Source: Candidatus Krumholzibacteriales bacterium
Lineage (GTDB): Bacteria; Krumholzibacteriota; Krumholzibacteriia; Krumholzibacteriales; WJIX01
DNA length: 64,000 bases
Assembly (NCBI GenBank): GCA_046483305.1
Contig: JAWODM010000068.1
Span: 1-64,000 of the forward strand
Direction of reading: 5' to 3'
Under the pieces are notes generated by a model. That model was given only the letters and a program-made list of their open reading frames with translations, was not told the DNA's origin and did not search any database. The translations under genes were made by a program, and so were the position numbers. Within the stretch, counting starts at the first letter, position 1, and each line of letters opens with the position of its first letter. Positions 40,891-50,005 of the stretch are shown in pieces.

Positions 40891-41676
40891 TCAGATTTCC
40901 AATATGGCCGGGAACGAAAGGCTCAGAGTGGCGCCGGTTCCCCGGACGCTGCTTATCTCCAGCCCTCCTCCCATTATCTCTATGATATTCCTGGCGAGCA
41001 GAAGCCCCGGCTCATCTATCCTGGCGGAGCTTTCCTCCCGCCCGTCACCGGCCCATCCGGTATCGGAACCATCCGTGCAGATGATATCGACAATCAGATA
41101 ACCTTCCGCCGAATCGCCGCTTTCAGACCATACCCTGGAGGTAACCTCGGCGCAGACGGTTCCGCTGCCGGTTCTGGCCACACTCGAGAAAATATTGCCC
41201 AGCACAACCGACAGAGGATTTCTCTGGACAGAAATTTCGCACAGCTTCCGGTCAACGCTGTTCCGGATTACCTTCTCTTCGCTGCAGTATCTGGCGGTTA
41301 CTTCATCGATAAAATCGGAGACATTGATTCTTCTTATATCTCCGGGTTCCAGCCGGCCCCTGGACGATCGAAGCAACTGCATGTACAGATATATAAGCTG
41401 CTCCAGTTCGTATATCGCTTCTTCGGCACGGCTCAAATAGTGGCCATTTCGCGATTGAGTGCTACCCTGATCTTCGCTGCCGCCCCTGATGAGCCCCAGG
41501 TAACCCTTTATCGAAGACAGCGGCTTGATAAACTCGCTTCCGGCCAGAAGAACCGCGGTGTCCAGAATCCTCCTGTACCGGGAGAGCTCCTGCTCTGCCA
41601 GTTCAATTCTCCTGTCTTCTCCAGACCCGGTGTCATCCTGGTTCCGGGAAAGATTTCTGGGGCCGGCAATAACCAT
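40891..41676 (-). CDS. Degenerate HisKA/HATPase-like protein (pseudokinase)
   Basis: H-box-like GSEFIKPLSSIKGY lacks His; eroded N/G boxes; GLLLARNIIEIMGGGLEISSVRGTGAT HATPase tail. Confidence 0.7.
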   Translation of the reverse strand: MVIAGPRNLSRNQDDTGSGEDRRIELAEQELSRYRRILDTAVLLAGSEFIKPLSSIKGYLGLIRGGSEDQGSTQSRNGHYLSRAEEAIYELEQLIYLYMQLLRSSRGRLEPGDIRRINVSDFIDEVTARYCSEEKVIRNSVDRKLCEISVQRNPLSVVLGNIFSSVARTGSGTVCAEVTSRVWSESGDSAEGYLIVDIICTDGSDTGWAGDGREESSARIDEPGLLLARNIIEIMGGGLEISSVRGTGATLSLSFPAILEI

Positions 41677-41748
41677 CTTATACCCTCAAGATCGCTTTCT
41701 GATTGAGCTTACAATTCAACCCGCTCCCCAACGGAGCGGATTACTTCT

Positions 41749-42723
41749 TCAAGTATTCATGATGTCCGTCTCCACGTTGCTCTGCCGCCTCTCCCTGACC
41801 AGAACGCTTCCCAACATCTTCTTTCCGTATTTCTTCAGTTCGGAGGCGATATCACTGACCTGAGCGAAGTGTTTCATCGATTCTCCGCTGTTTTCTACCA
41901 GAGCGACGGTAAGCGACATCAGAGGCACCCGGTTCTCACGGCCCAGACGGTCCTTGATCTCCAGATATCCGCGCCGTATATCCTCTTCATCCATCAAAAG
42001 CAGAGAGCCTTTGTCGAATTCGTCTATTATCCTTTTTGCGACCCGGTCAGACTTTTCGAGAGAGGTGATTACCACAAAATCATCCCCTCCGATATGACCG
42101 ATAAAATCTTCCTTGTTACCCATCGATTCCACGGTTTCCTTGATTATGTCAGCGAGAAAGAGTATCGACTGATCGCCTTTCTGGTAACCGTAGTAATCGT
42201 TGTATGCCTTGAAGTTGTCTATATCGATATAGAGGAAAGCGAATGACTGGTCCCTTTTCAGCAGGAGGCTGAGTTCCTTCTCAATAGCCTTGTTCCCCGA
42301 AAAACCTGTAAGTGGATTGGCGTCCTTCTGCTTCTGGCCCCAGTCCAGGACATTCTTCACCCTTAGCAGCAGCTCTTCGTTGGAGTAGGGCTTCACCAGG
42401 TAATCGTTGGCGCCATTCTCCAGGCCCTTCAGCTTGTCCCCCATCTCGCTCCTGGCGGTAAGCATTATTATCGGAATTTGACTTGTCTGAAAATCTTCCT
42501 TCAGCCGGGTACACACTTCAAAACCGTCCATCATCGGCATCATCAGGTCCAGAATAATCAAATCCGGGGAGACTTCCCTTGCCATGGTAAGCCCCTTCTG
42601 CCCGTCCCCGGCGCAGAAAGCCCTGTACCCGTTCTTTTCAAGCTGGTATTTGAGAATTCTCCTGATGTGCTCCTCGTCGTCAACCACCAGAATTTTAGGA
42701 TATTCGTTCTTTGAATCAGCCAT
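41749..42723 (-). CDS. Response regulator with GGDEF-family domain (GGDDF)
   Basis: REC with LDLMMP; DIDNFKAYNDYYGYQKGD; GHIGGDDF. Confidence 0.92.
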   Translation of the reverse strand: MADSKNEYPKILVVDDEEHIRRILKYQLEKNGYRAFCAGDGQKGLTMAREVSPDLIILDLMMPMMDGFEVCTRLKEDFQTSQIPIIMLTARSEMGDKLKGLENGANDYLVKPYSNEELLLRVKNVLDWGQKQKDANPLTGFSGNKAIEKELSLLLKRDQSFAFLYIDIDNFKAYNDYYGYQKGDQSILFLADIIKETVESMGNKEDFIGHIGGDDFVVITSLEKSDRVAKRIIDEFDKGSLLLMDEEDIRRGYLEIKDRLGRENRVPLMSLTVALVENSGESMKHFAQVSDIASELKKYGKKMLGSVLVRERRQSNVETDIMNT

Positions 42724-42803
42724 CTACTCTCCAAGAAATTGAATTTATCTTCCAGACCCCGTTGTACATACAGATACAACTGAATTTTCCAAAAGGGATA
42801 ATT

Positions 42804-42820
42804 CGCAATTTATATGCCAA
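42804..42820 (-). promoter_or_regulatory. sigma54 (-24/-12) promoter
   Basis: Minus strand TTGGCATATAAATTGCG matches TGGCAYR-N4-TTGC, 80 nt upstream of the REC-GGDEF ATG. Confidence 0.8.
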
Positions 42821-43037
42821 GTGGAAGCGCCTGCCGGCAAACAGCCCCCGTAGTGGGGAAAAGACTATAATCTTAAGCATTGCAGCTCTTTACAATGTAT
42901 CTTGGGAAAGATTAAATCGGTTATTCAACAGCTGAAATGCAACAGAATTTTTGCATAAAGCTGATTTTCGGGCCAGGATATTCGATTATTATAATTACCG
43001 TTCAGGTCAGAAATTACGGTATTCCGGCGGCCGGACT

Positions 43038-44048
43038 CTATCTCCAGGATTCCAGTTCGCCCCTGGGGAAGGAATTCAGCTCCATTCCGTCGGTTATACC
43101 CGCTTCAATACGGTATCTGGCCGCGCAGGCTATCATGGCTGCATTATCGGTACAGTACTCGATCCCGGGCCAGGAGACCTCCACTCCCGCCCGCTTGAAC
43201 ATCCCGGCGGCGTACTCTCTGAGCCGTCCGTTGGCGGCCACTCCGCCGGCCAGGTATATCCTTTCCGCCCCGCTCCTCTCCACCGCCATAACCGCCTTGC
43301 GGACCAGAACATCCACGATCGCTTCCTGAACGGAGGCCGCGATATCGCTTATATCAGATTCGGTTAGCCGTCCCATCGATTCTACCTTCAGCTTGACCGC
43401 GGTTTTCAGACCGGAGAACGAATAGTCGCATTCCCCGGAGTCTATCAGCCCTCTGGGAAAATCGTACGCTTCCGGATCCCCTTCCCTGGCGGCCTTTTCT
43501 ATATTAGGGCCTCCTGGATAGGGGAGCCCCAGGAGCTTTCCGATCTTGTCGAAGGCCTCGCCGGCGGCGTCATCCCTGGTTCCTCCCAGGAACCGGTACC
43601 TCCCTATCTCCTCCACCTCCAGTATCTGGGTGTGACCCCCCGAGACCACCAGCACCAGGCAGGGCGTCCTGAGCCTCTCTTCAAGGTCATTGGCCAGTAT
43701 ATGCCCCTCCAGGTGGTGAACCCCTGCCAGCGGCACCCCGCCGCCGTAGGAAATCCCCTTGGCGAAGGAAAGCCCTACCAGCAGGGACCCGGTCAGGCCC
43801 GGGCCGTTGGTCACCCCGATGCCGGCCAGTTCTTCCAGCCGGATGCCGCCCTTTTCCAGAATATGCAGATACAGCGGCAGAAGTGTCTTGAGGTGAGTTC
43901 TGGAAGCTATCTCGGGGACCACTCCCCCGTAATCCTCATGAGCCAGCTGGGTGGCCGTTTTCTGAATAATAACCCCTGAATCGGATGAATACAGGGCGCA
44001 GGACGTGTCGTCGCAGGATGTCTCTATCCCCAGATATATCTTTTCCAT
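43038..44048 (-). CDS. tsaD: tRNA N6-adenosine threonylcarbamoyltransferase
   Basis: GIETSCDDT, GGVVPEIASRTH, HHLEGH, SGGHT, DDAAGEAFDK, CTDNAAMI. Confidence 0.97.
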   Translation of the reverse strand: MEKIYLGIETSCDDTSCALYSSDSGVIIQKTATQLAHEDYGGVVPEIASRTHLKTLLPLYLHILEKGGIRLEELAGIGVTNGPGLTGSLLVGLSFAKGISYGGGVPLAGVHHLEGHILANDLEERLRTPCLVLVVSGGHTQILEVEEIGRYRFLGGTRDDAAGEAFDKIGKLLGLPYPGGPNIEKAAREGDPEAYDFPRGLIDSGECDYSFSGLKTAVKLKVESMGRLTESDISDIAASVQEAIVDVLVRKAVMAVERSGAERIYLAGGVAANGRLREYAAGMFKRAGVEVSWPGIEYCTDNAAMIACAARYRIEAGITDGMELNSFPRGELESWR

Positions 44049-44051
44049 AAT

Positions 44052-44657
44052 TCAGCTCCAGTCCCGCCCCGGCACCACGTTTATATACCTTACTCGGGGG
44101 GGAGCCCCGGGATTGAGCTCAACCCTGCTGACAGAGGCATTGGATATGGTCAGCCGGTGCATCATATCCAGCTCCATTCCCAGCCAGTGAGCCAGCGCCG
44201 GCTTGATGACATCACTGTGCGAAACAGCCGCCGCCCTCCGGATACCGGGGTCGGAGGAAATCCGCTCTGCAGCCTCAATAACCCTTTTTTGAATATCCTC
44301 CATCCCCTCGCCGTCCGAAAAGTCAGACTCTGTCGGCCTGCTGAAATACATCCTGAAATCAGGATCGGGCTCGAGCTCCCTGTAACTCTTTCCCACCCAC
44401 CTCTGAAAAGCTGATTCATCCAGCCCGGGCTCACTGACTACCGGTACCTTCCACTCCGAGGCCAGGATCTCCGCCGACTCCATGGTCCTTGCCAGAGTAC
44501 CGCAGAAAATCCTGTCAATCCCCTGATCCGCCAGGAACCGCGCGGCCAGGGCAATACCCTCACGGCCATTCCGGTTCAGAGGCACCGGCTCTCTTCCCAT
44601 CACCTTCTTTTCCCTGTTCCAGTCGGTCTGTCCATGCCTGATAAGATAGAGAATCAT
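44052..44657 (-). CDS. Histidine phosphatase family protein
   Basis: LIRHGQTDWN, VSHSD, NASVS. Confidence 0.9.
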   Translation of the reverse strand: MILYLIRHGQTDWNREKKVMGREPVPLNRNGREGIALAARFLADQGIDRIFCGTLARTMESAEILASEWKVPVVSEPGLDESAFQRWVGKSYRELEPDPDFRMYFSRPTESDFSDGEGMEDIQKRVIEAAERISSDPGIRRAAAVSHSDVIKPALAHWLGMELDMMHRLTISNASVSRVELNPGAPPRVRYINVVPGRDWS

Positions 44658-45343
44658 GAAGGCGCTCCGTTCAGTTCATCCACGATTCTTACCAGCTCCA
44701 GAAGGTCGTCGATTTCATAATCGGCCCCTGACTTCTTGATTCCGAAGGTATCGCCATACCTGGCGAATACCGTCTTCATCCCCAGCTCCGATGCTCCCAC
44801 TATATCCCGTTCCGGCCAGTCTCCCACCATCAGGGCCCTCTCCGGTTTAAGCCCCAGCTTATTGAGAACGGTCTCGAACGGTATCGGGTTCGGCTTTCTC
44901 ACCCCGGTATCCTCGAAGGTCAGCACGATATCGAACATATGATGAAGTTTCAGATAACAGAGCCTCAGCCAGGCCTCCTGCCTGGGGGCGTCGGTAATCA
45001 CAGCCAGCTTCAACCCCCTTTTAAGAAGTTCCACCAGGGTCTTGTTCACATGGGGATAAAGGACCAGGGCGGCTTCGCGGGCTCTCCGGTAAGCCACTAT
45101 TCCGGCCGCCAGGATCTTGTAATCAACCTCTCCGATAAGCTCGATGAGAAGCTGGTTGAAAACTCTCTGATACTCTATCCCCTCCTTCTCATATATCTTG
45201 AAAATCTCCGTCTCTATTTCCTCGGAAGGAAGCAGCAGGCCCGCATCCACCATTCCCTTGGCCGCCGCCTCGATGGCGGTATTCTTCATCCTCACAAAAT
45301 CAGTCAGGGTGTTGTCCAGATCGAATATTATAAGATCTATCAC
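44654..45343 (-). CDS. HAD-superfamily hydrolase (TIGR02253-like)
   Basis: FDLDNTL, ITD, KPNP, VGDWPERDI. Confidence 0.88.
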   Translation of the reverse strand: MIDLIIFDLDNTLTDFVRMKNTAIEAAAKGMVDAGLLLPSEEIETEIFKIYEKEGIEYQRVFNQLLIELIGEVDYKILAAGIVAYRRAREAALVLYPHVNKTLVELLKRGLKLAVITDAPRQEAWLRLCYLKLHHMFDIVLTFEDTGVRKPNPIPFETVLNKLGLKPERALMVGDWPERDIVGASELGMKTVFARYGDTFGIKKSGADYEIDDLLELVRIVDELNGAPS

Positions 45344-45388
45344 ATCTTTCTCCTTGTCGCTTCTCCGGTTTGCGTTATATCTTTAAGC

Positions 45389-46240
45389 ATGCAAAATAAA
45401 GAGAATTACCATAACCATGAAAACGGGGAGGGAAGAAAACCATCCCTGTTCGACAAAATCAATAATTACCTTCTGCTCTTTTATGCGGCAACCTGCTTGA
45501 TTATCTACTTCACCCTTTCAGGAATTCTCTATATCAGCGGATACATCAAGCTGATCCTGATAGTTCCGGGGATAATTGCCATTGTTCTGCCTCTGGCCCT
45601 GCTCTCTTCAAGAGTTTCGTCCGTATTCACAGAAACCTACCGGCTGGGGAAACCCAACCAGGCAGTTCTGGGACTGGTAATACTCGCCAGTGTGAGCCTC
45701 ACCCTGCCCGCCGACGCCATCGCCGGATTCTTCGAGCGGTTCAAGGCCGACAATTCAGATTATATCAGCTTCCTGCTCTCAATCAAGCCCAAAGGATTTC
45801 TGAGCTTTATCGCGGTCGCCTTCGGACTTGTGATTGCGGCGCCCTTCTCCGAAGAGCTCCTGTTCCGGGGGTTCATCCAGAGGATAATGGAACGGAACAT
45901 GAAAAGGTGGCTGGCTGTTATTCTGGCGGGGATTCTCTTCGGGGCAGCTCATTTCGATCTCACCCTGATACCGGCCACCGCTCTGATAGGAATCTTCTTC
46001 GGTTACCTGTTCGTCAGAACCGGCAATCTCTTATACCCCTTTATCGCGCATGCCGTTTACAACCTTATCTCTCTTCTGAGGCTCCATTTCACCTCCGAAG
46101 CCGAGCTCAGGGAGGCAGGCACCACCTCCATCTCGGGGTTCTGGGTGGGCGCCTCGGTGGCACTGTTAATATACTGCATATATATTTTAGAGAAAATGAG
46201 CTCAGGCGCTCCTGCCGAAGGTGACGGCGGGCAAACCTAA
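45389..46240 (+). CDS. CPBP/Abi family intramembrane metalloprotease
   Basis: APFSEELLFRG, LFGAAH, AHAVYN; start moved to ATG 45389 to avoid overlap with the HAD gene. Confidence 0.88.
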   Translation: MQNKENYHNHENGEGRKPSLFDKINNYLLLFYAATCLIIYFTLSGILYISGYIKLILIVPGIIAIVLPLALLSSRVSSVFTETYRLGKPNQAVLGLVILASVSLTLPADAIAGFFERFKADNSDYISFLLSIKPKGFLSFIAVAFGLVIAAPFSEELLFRGFIQRIMERNMKRWLAVILAGILFGAAHFDLTLIPATALIGIFFGYLFVRTGNLLYPFIAHAVYNLISLLRLHFTSEAELREAGTTSISGFWVGASVALLIYCIYILEKMSSGAPAEGDGGQT

Positions 46241-47586
46241 CCGGATTCTTCTCCCGCCGCTCCGGCGGCCCCCCTCCTGCCCTCTTCTCTGTCCACGAAA
46301 TGAAACAGAATCCCGCCGGTTATGAACAGGATGGAGATGGAAGCGATGCTGATCCGGGTGGCCAGCATTCCGCCGGCGCCCGCCCGGGAGGCCAGCAGGG
46401 CCACCGCTCCCATCAGCCCGGGCCCTATTACCGCGGCGAACTTCCCTGTCAGGTTGTAAAACCCGAAATATTCGGCTGATTTCCCCGGCGGTATCATCCC
46501 CGCGAAGAAAGACCTGCTCAGCGCCTGGATTCCTCCCTGCACCAGCCCCACCACCGCGGCGAGGATGAAGAACTCTTCCCGCCTGGTCATTAGAGACGCC
46601 CCCGTTGAAACCAGCAGATAGACCGCTATGGCAATGTAAATGCCGCGCCTGGCCCCTATCCTTCTCCCTATATACCCGAAAAAGAGCGCTGAGGGGAACC
46701 CTATTATCTGGGTCACCAGAAGGGCCAGCATCAGGTCCGGGCTCTTCAGCCCTATGGACAGCCCGTAATCCACAGCCATCCGGACTACCGTGTCAACTCC
46801 GTCGATATAGAACCAGTAGGAAAGGAGGAACAGGAATATATGCCGGAGCTTTCTGATCTCGCCGAAGGTATTCCGCAGCTCGGAGAGCCCGGCCGTTATC
46901 ATGCTGAGTCTTTTCTCCCTGCCGGCAGGCCGCTCTTCCCTGACGAATATTATCACCGGTATGGTAAAGACGGCCCACCAGAGAGCGACGGTCAGGAAGG
47001 AGTACCTTATCGCCTCCTCCGCCGAAGCCAGCCCGAAAGCAGCGGGGGACGAGACCATCCAGATATTCAGGGCGAAAAGAATACCCCCGCCCAGATAGCC
47101 GAGGGCGTACCCGAGAGAGGAGACGAACTCCATCCTGTCTCTGGAAGCGACCAGAGTGATCAGGGAATCATAGAAGACATTCCCGCTTCCGAATGACGAA
47201 GCGGCAAAAATATAAAGAATTATGGCGAGCAGCCAGCCTCCCTCGGCTACCGGGAAGAGAGCCGCGGTGGAGAGCGCCCCCATGTAAGCGAAGAATATCA
47301 GGAACTTCTTTCTGGCGCTTCCCCGGTCCGCTATGGCTCCCAGCGCCGGAGCGAGAAGAGCCACTATCACACCTGCTATGGAATTGCCGATTCCAAGCCT
47401 GGCGGTGCTCTGAGCCGGTTTCATGCCGGCGCACCAGTACTGCTTGAAGAATACCGGGAAAAACCCGGCCACCACCGTGGTGGTGAAGGCGGAATTGGCC
47501 CAATCGTACAGACTCCAGCTTATTACCGAGTATTTATTGCCTTCTCTCACCGGCCGGTCCAGCCTCCTCCGGGCCCGCTCATACAA
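46237..47586 (-). CDS. MFS transporter (UMF1/Atg22-like)
   Basis: WSLYDWANSAF, LGAIAD, GYALGYLGG, GGIQALSRS; about 12 TM helices. Confidence 0.88.
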   Translation of the reverse strand: MYERARRRLDRPVREGNKYSVISWSLYDWANSAFTTTVVAGFFPVFFKQYWCAGMKPAQSTARLGIGNSIAGVIVALLAPALGAIADRGSARKKFLIFFAYMGALSTAALFPVAEGGWLLAIILYIFAASSFGSGNVFYDSLITLVASRDRMEFVSSLGYALGYLGGGILFALNIWMVSSPAAFGLASAEEAIRYSFLTVALWWAVFTIPVIIFVREERPAGREKRLSMITAGLSELRNTFGEIRKLRHIFLFLLSYWFYIDGVDTVVRMAVDYGLSIGLKSPDLMLALLVTQIIGFPSALFFGYIGRRIGARRGIYIAIAVYLLVSTGASLMTRREEFFILAAVVGLVQGGIQALSRSFFAGMIPPGKSAEYFGFYNLTGKFAAVIGPGLMGAVALLASRAGAGGMLATRISIASISILFITGGILFHFVDREEGRRGAAGAAGEESG

Positions 47587-47643
47587 ACAGGGGGCAGCTG
47601 CCGGAACAGCTCCCCCCTGTTAAGGTACTGGAATTTTACCTGA

Positions 47644-47832
47644 TTAATCCAATTCAGCGAGAGGTTTCCCCTTGCTGACTTCTCCATTATCAATTCTGAT
47701 GTTAAATCCGCAGTCGGGGTTATTGCATACCCACGCTTTATACCTGATGGGAGCCCCATCTCTGCCGTAATCGGAAAGAGGGATCAGAACACCCTTTTCG
47801 CACTTCAAACAACCGGTAAATCTCTCTGACAT
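47644..47832 (-). CDS. Small zinc-ribbon-like protein (alternative start 47874)
   Basis: CLKC...CNNPDC four-Cys pattern. Confidence 0.7.
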   Translation of the reverse strand: MSERFTGCLKCEKGVLIPLSDYGRDGAPIRYKAWVCNNPDCGFNIRIDNGEVSKGKPLAELD

Positions 47833-47976
47833 ATTCCCTGCCCGGTTCGTGATGACCGGGACTTTCACCTCCATCTACACTTTGGTCTAAACCTTTTCCC
47901 ACTTCCTGAATTTATTATTGGTTCCCATAATTAACGGTTTGCAATATACTGTCAAGTAAAAAGTGAGGGGGTTATC

Positions 47977-48465
47977 ATGAACCGAACCGACAAATTCCTG
48001 TTCGACAGAATGCTGGGGTCGCTATGCCGCAGGATGAGATTGCTCGGATTCGACTCCAGACTCAATCCGGAATCCGAAACCGGCCGCTTTCTGCTGAACG
48101 CCGAAGCGGAGGGGAGGCTGGCCGTAACCCTGTCGGTCAGAGAGAGCGACCGGCCGGGAAAAGAGCCTCTGATTCTCAGGAGCAGGGACCTGACCGGCCA
48201 GATCCTGGAGCTGCTGAGCCATTTTCCGGAACCTCCTCCCTTCAAACCTTTCACCAGGTGCCTGGACTGCAACAGGGAGCTCTCGGAGATTTCGGCCGAG
48301 GAAGCCAGAGGCAGGCTGCCGGACAGGATACCGGAAATATTCAGCGATTTCATGGAATGCCCCGAATGCGGGAAGGCCTACTGGAAGGGGAGCCATTACG
48401 AAGATATGCTCGATGAGGTAAGGAGGATAGAGGCACTGCTGGAGGAAGACAGATCCGGGGATTGA
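47977..48465 (+). CDS. Mut7-C RNase domain (DUF82) protein
   Basis: FDRMLGSLCRRMRLLGFD, RCxxCN, CPECGKAYWKGSH. Confidence 0.9.
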   Translation: MNRTDKFLFDRMLGSLCRRMRLLGFDSRLNPESETGRFLLNAEAEGRLAVTLSVRESDRPGKEPLILRSRDLTGQILELLSHFPEPPPFKPFTRCLDCNRELSEISAEEARGRLPDRIPEIFSDFMECPECGKAYWKGSHYEDMLDEVRRIEALLEEDRSGD

Positions 48466-48742
48466 ACATCCTGTTCTTTTACTGTTCCAGATACCGCCCT
48501 GTTATTAAATTCCGGCCCTGAAGCAGCATTCTCCTCTGAATTTCTTCCGTTCCGTTGCATGTCATACCCTGCCGCCGGTTTAATACCCCGCATCAGAGTA
48601 TTAATCCTCTTTTCTCCGGTATAATAATGAATGGCGGCGGAGGGATTGAACGGATCCGGATAGTTCCGGCGGAGAGCAGCCGGGCCGGGAGGAACGGTTC
48701 ACCGGCAGGACAAGAAGCAAAACCGGAACTGCCCCGGCCGGT

Positions 48743-50005
48743 TCAGGTCTTTTTCTCCTGCTTTTCCGCGGCGGGGAACAGGATATTGTTGAGGATCAGC
48801 CGGTATCCCGGCGAATTGGGGTGCCTCTCCAGGCGGGTGGGGGAGTCTCCGACAAAATGGTGATAATCTTCCGGATCGTGCCCTCCCAGGAAGGTGAAGG
48901 TCCCCCTGCCGAAATTGCCGTGAATGTAGCGGACCTCTCCGGCCCCCTTGACCTCGCCCAGGATAAGAACCCGGTTCTTGAGAAGGGACTTTCTGAATGA
49001 GGTGGTCTGCCCCATGAACCCCTTCACCACCGAAACGTGGTTCTGAACCAGCATGGCGGGAACCGGGTCGTGCCTGGCGGAGAAGTCGAACAGGGTAAAG
49101 TAATCGTTCATCTCACCCCTCCCGGCGGCGGTTTCGGTCATGTCTATATCCGAGAATTCGTATACGTAGGGATCGGTTATCAGGCTGAAGTTTTCGAAGG
49201 CGAAGCACCTGCCGTAGTCGAGTTTCTCGCTGTAGCCGGGGTCTATCCCGTCATGGTCGTATTCGCTTGGCACTATATCCACCCCCCGGGCCGCCAGGGC
49301 GATATCGAAGGTGTCGCAGGCGCTGCACATCGCGAACAGGAAGCCTCCTCTTCTTACGTATTCGCGGATCGCTTCCGCCACCGCCTTCTTCTCCTCAGAT
49401 ACCTTCTGGTAACCCAGGGAGGAGGCGATCTTCTCGAACAGAATCTGCTGTTTCACATACCACTCGCTATTGCGGTAGCTGGCATAGAACTTCCCGTACT
49501 GGCCGGTGAAATCCTCGTGATGGAGGTGAATCCAGTCATATTTCATAATGCCCCGGCCCAGGACCTCTCCGTCATAGATCTGGTCGTAGGGTATATCGGC
49601 ATATTCCAGAGCCATCATAACCGCGTCGTCCCAGGGCTGCTTGTTGGGCGGGGCGTAAACGGCTATCAGGGGAGCCTTCTCCAGCAGAACCGATTCCATG
49701 TTTCCGCTTTCGATTTCCCGGTAAATCGTGGCTATATCATTTCCTCCCACCTCCTCTATCTTCACCCCCGTGGCCGCGGCCTCGGCGGCGGCCTTCTGAT
49801 CCCCCGGAAGCAGGAAAGAGCCGCCGCGGTAATTCAGCAGCCATTTGGCCTGATTGCCCCTCTGCAGGGAATGATATACCAGTCCGTAAGCCTTCAGATG
49901 GTTAGCCTGGGAGAGGTCCATGGGGACCAGGTATTCCGCCCGAAGGCTCCGGCCAGACAGCAGGACCGGCAGAGCAAAAACGATTATGAAAATCCGGCTT
50001 CTCAA
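48743..50005 (-). CDS. Conserved secreted protein with class I glutamine-amidotransferase-like core (family I recall being mislabelled asparagine synthetase B in FCB genomes)
   Basis: Signal peptide; HLKAYG, WLLNYRGGSF, PWDDAV, HLHHEDFTGQYGKF, FAMCSA, GGHDPEDY. Confidence 0.75.
   Translation of the reverse strand: MRSRIFIIVFALPVLLSGRSLRAEYLVPMDLSQANHLKAYGLVYHSLQRGNQAKWLLNYRGGSFLLPGDQKAAAEAAATGVKIEEVGGNDIATIYREIESGNMESVLLEKAPLIAVYAPPNKQPWDDAVMMALEYADIPYDQIYDGEVLGRGIMKYDWIHLHHEDFTGQYGKFYASYRNSEWYVKQQILFEKIASSLGYQKVSEEKKAVAEAIREYVRRGGFLFAMCSACDTFDIALAARGVDIVPSEYDHDGIDPGYSEKLDYGRCFAFENFSLITDPYVYEFSDIDMTETAAGRGEMNDYFTLFDFSARHDPVPAMLVQNHVSVVKGFMGQTTSFRKSLLKNRVLILGEVKGAGEVRYIHGNFGRGTFTFLGGHDPEDYHHFVGDSPTRLERHPNSPGYRLILNNILFPAAEKQEKKT

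Noticed and set aside
42150..42230. Hypr-type (cGAMP-forming) GGDEF
   Set aside because: The specificity residue remains Asp (GYQKGD), not Ser
44939..45388. N-terminal extension of the CPBP ORF
   Set aside because: Overlaps the HAD gene antisense; a better start exists at 45389
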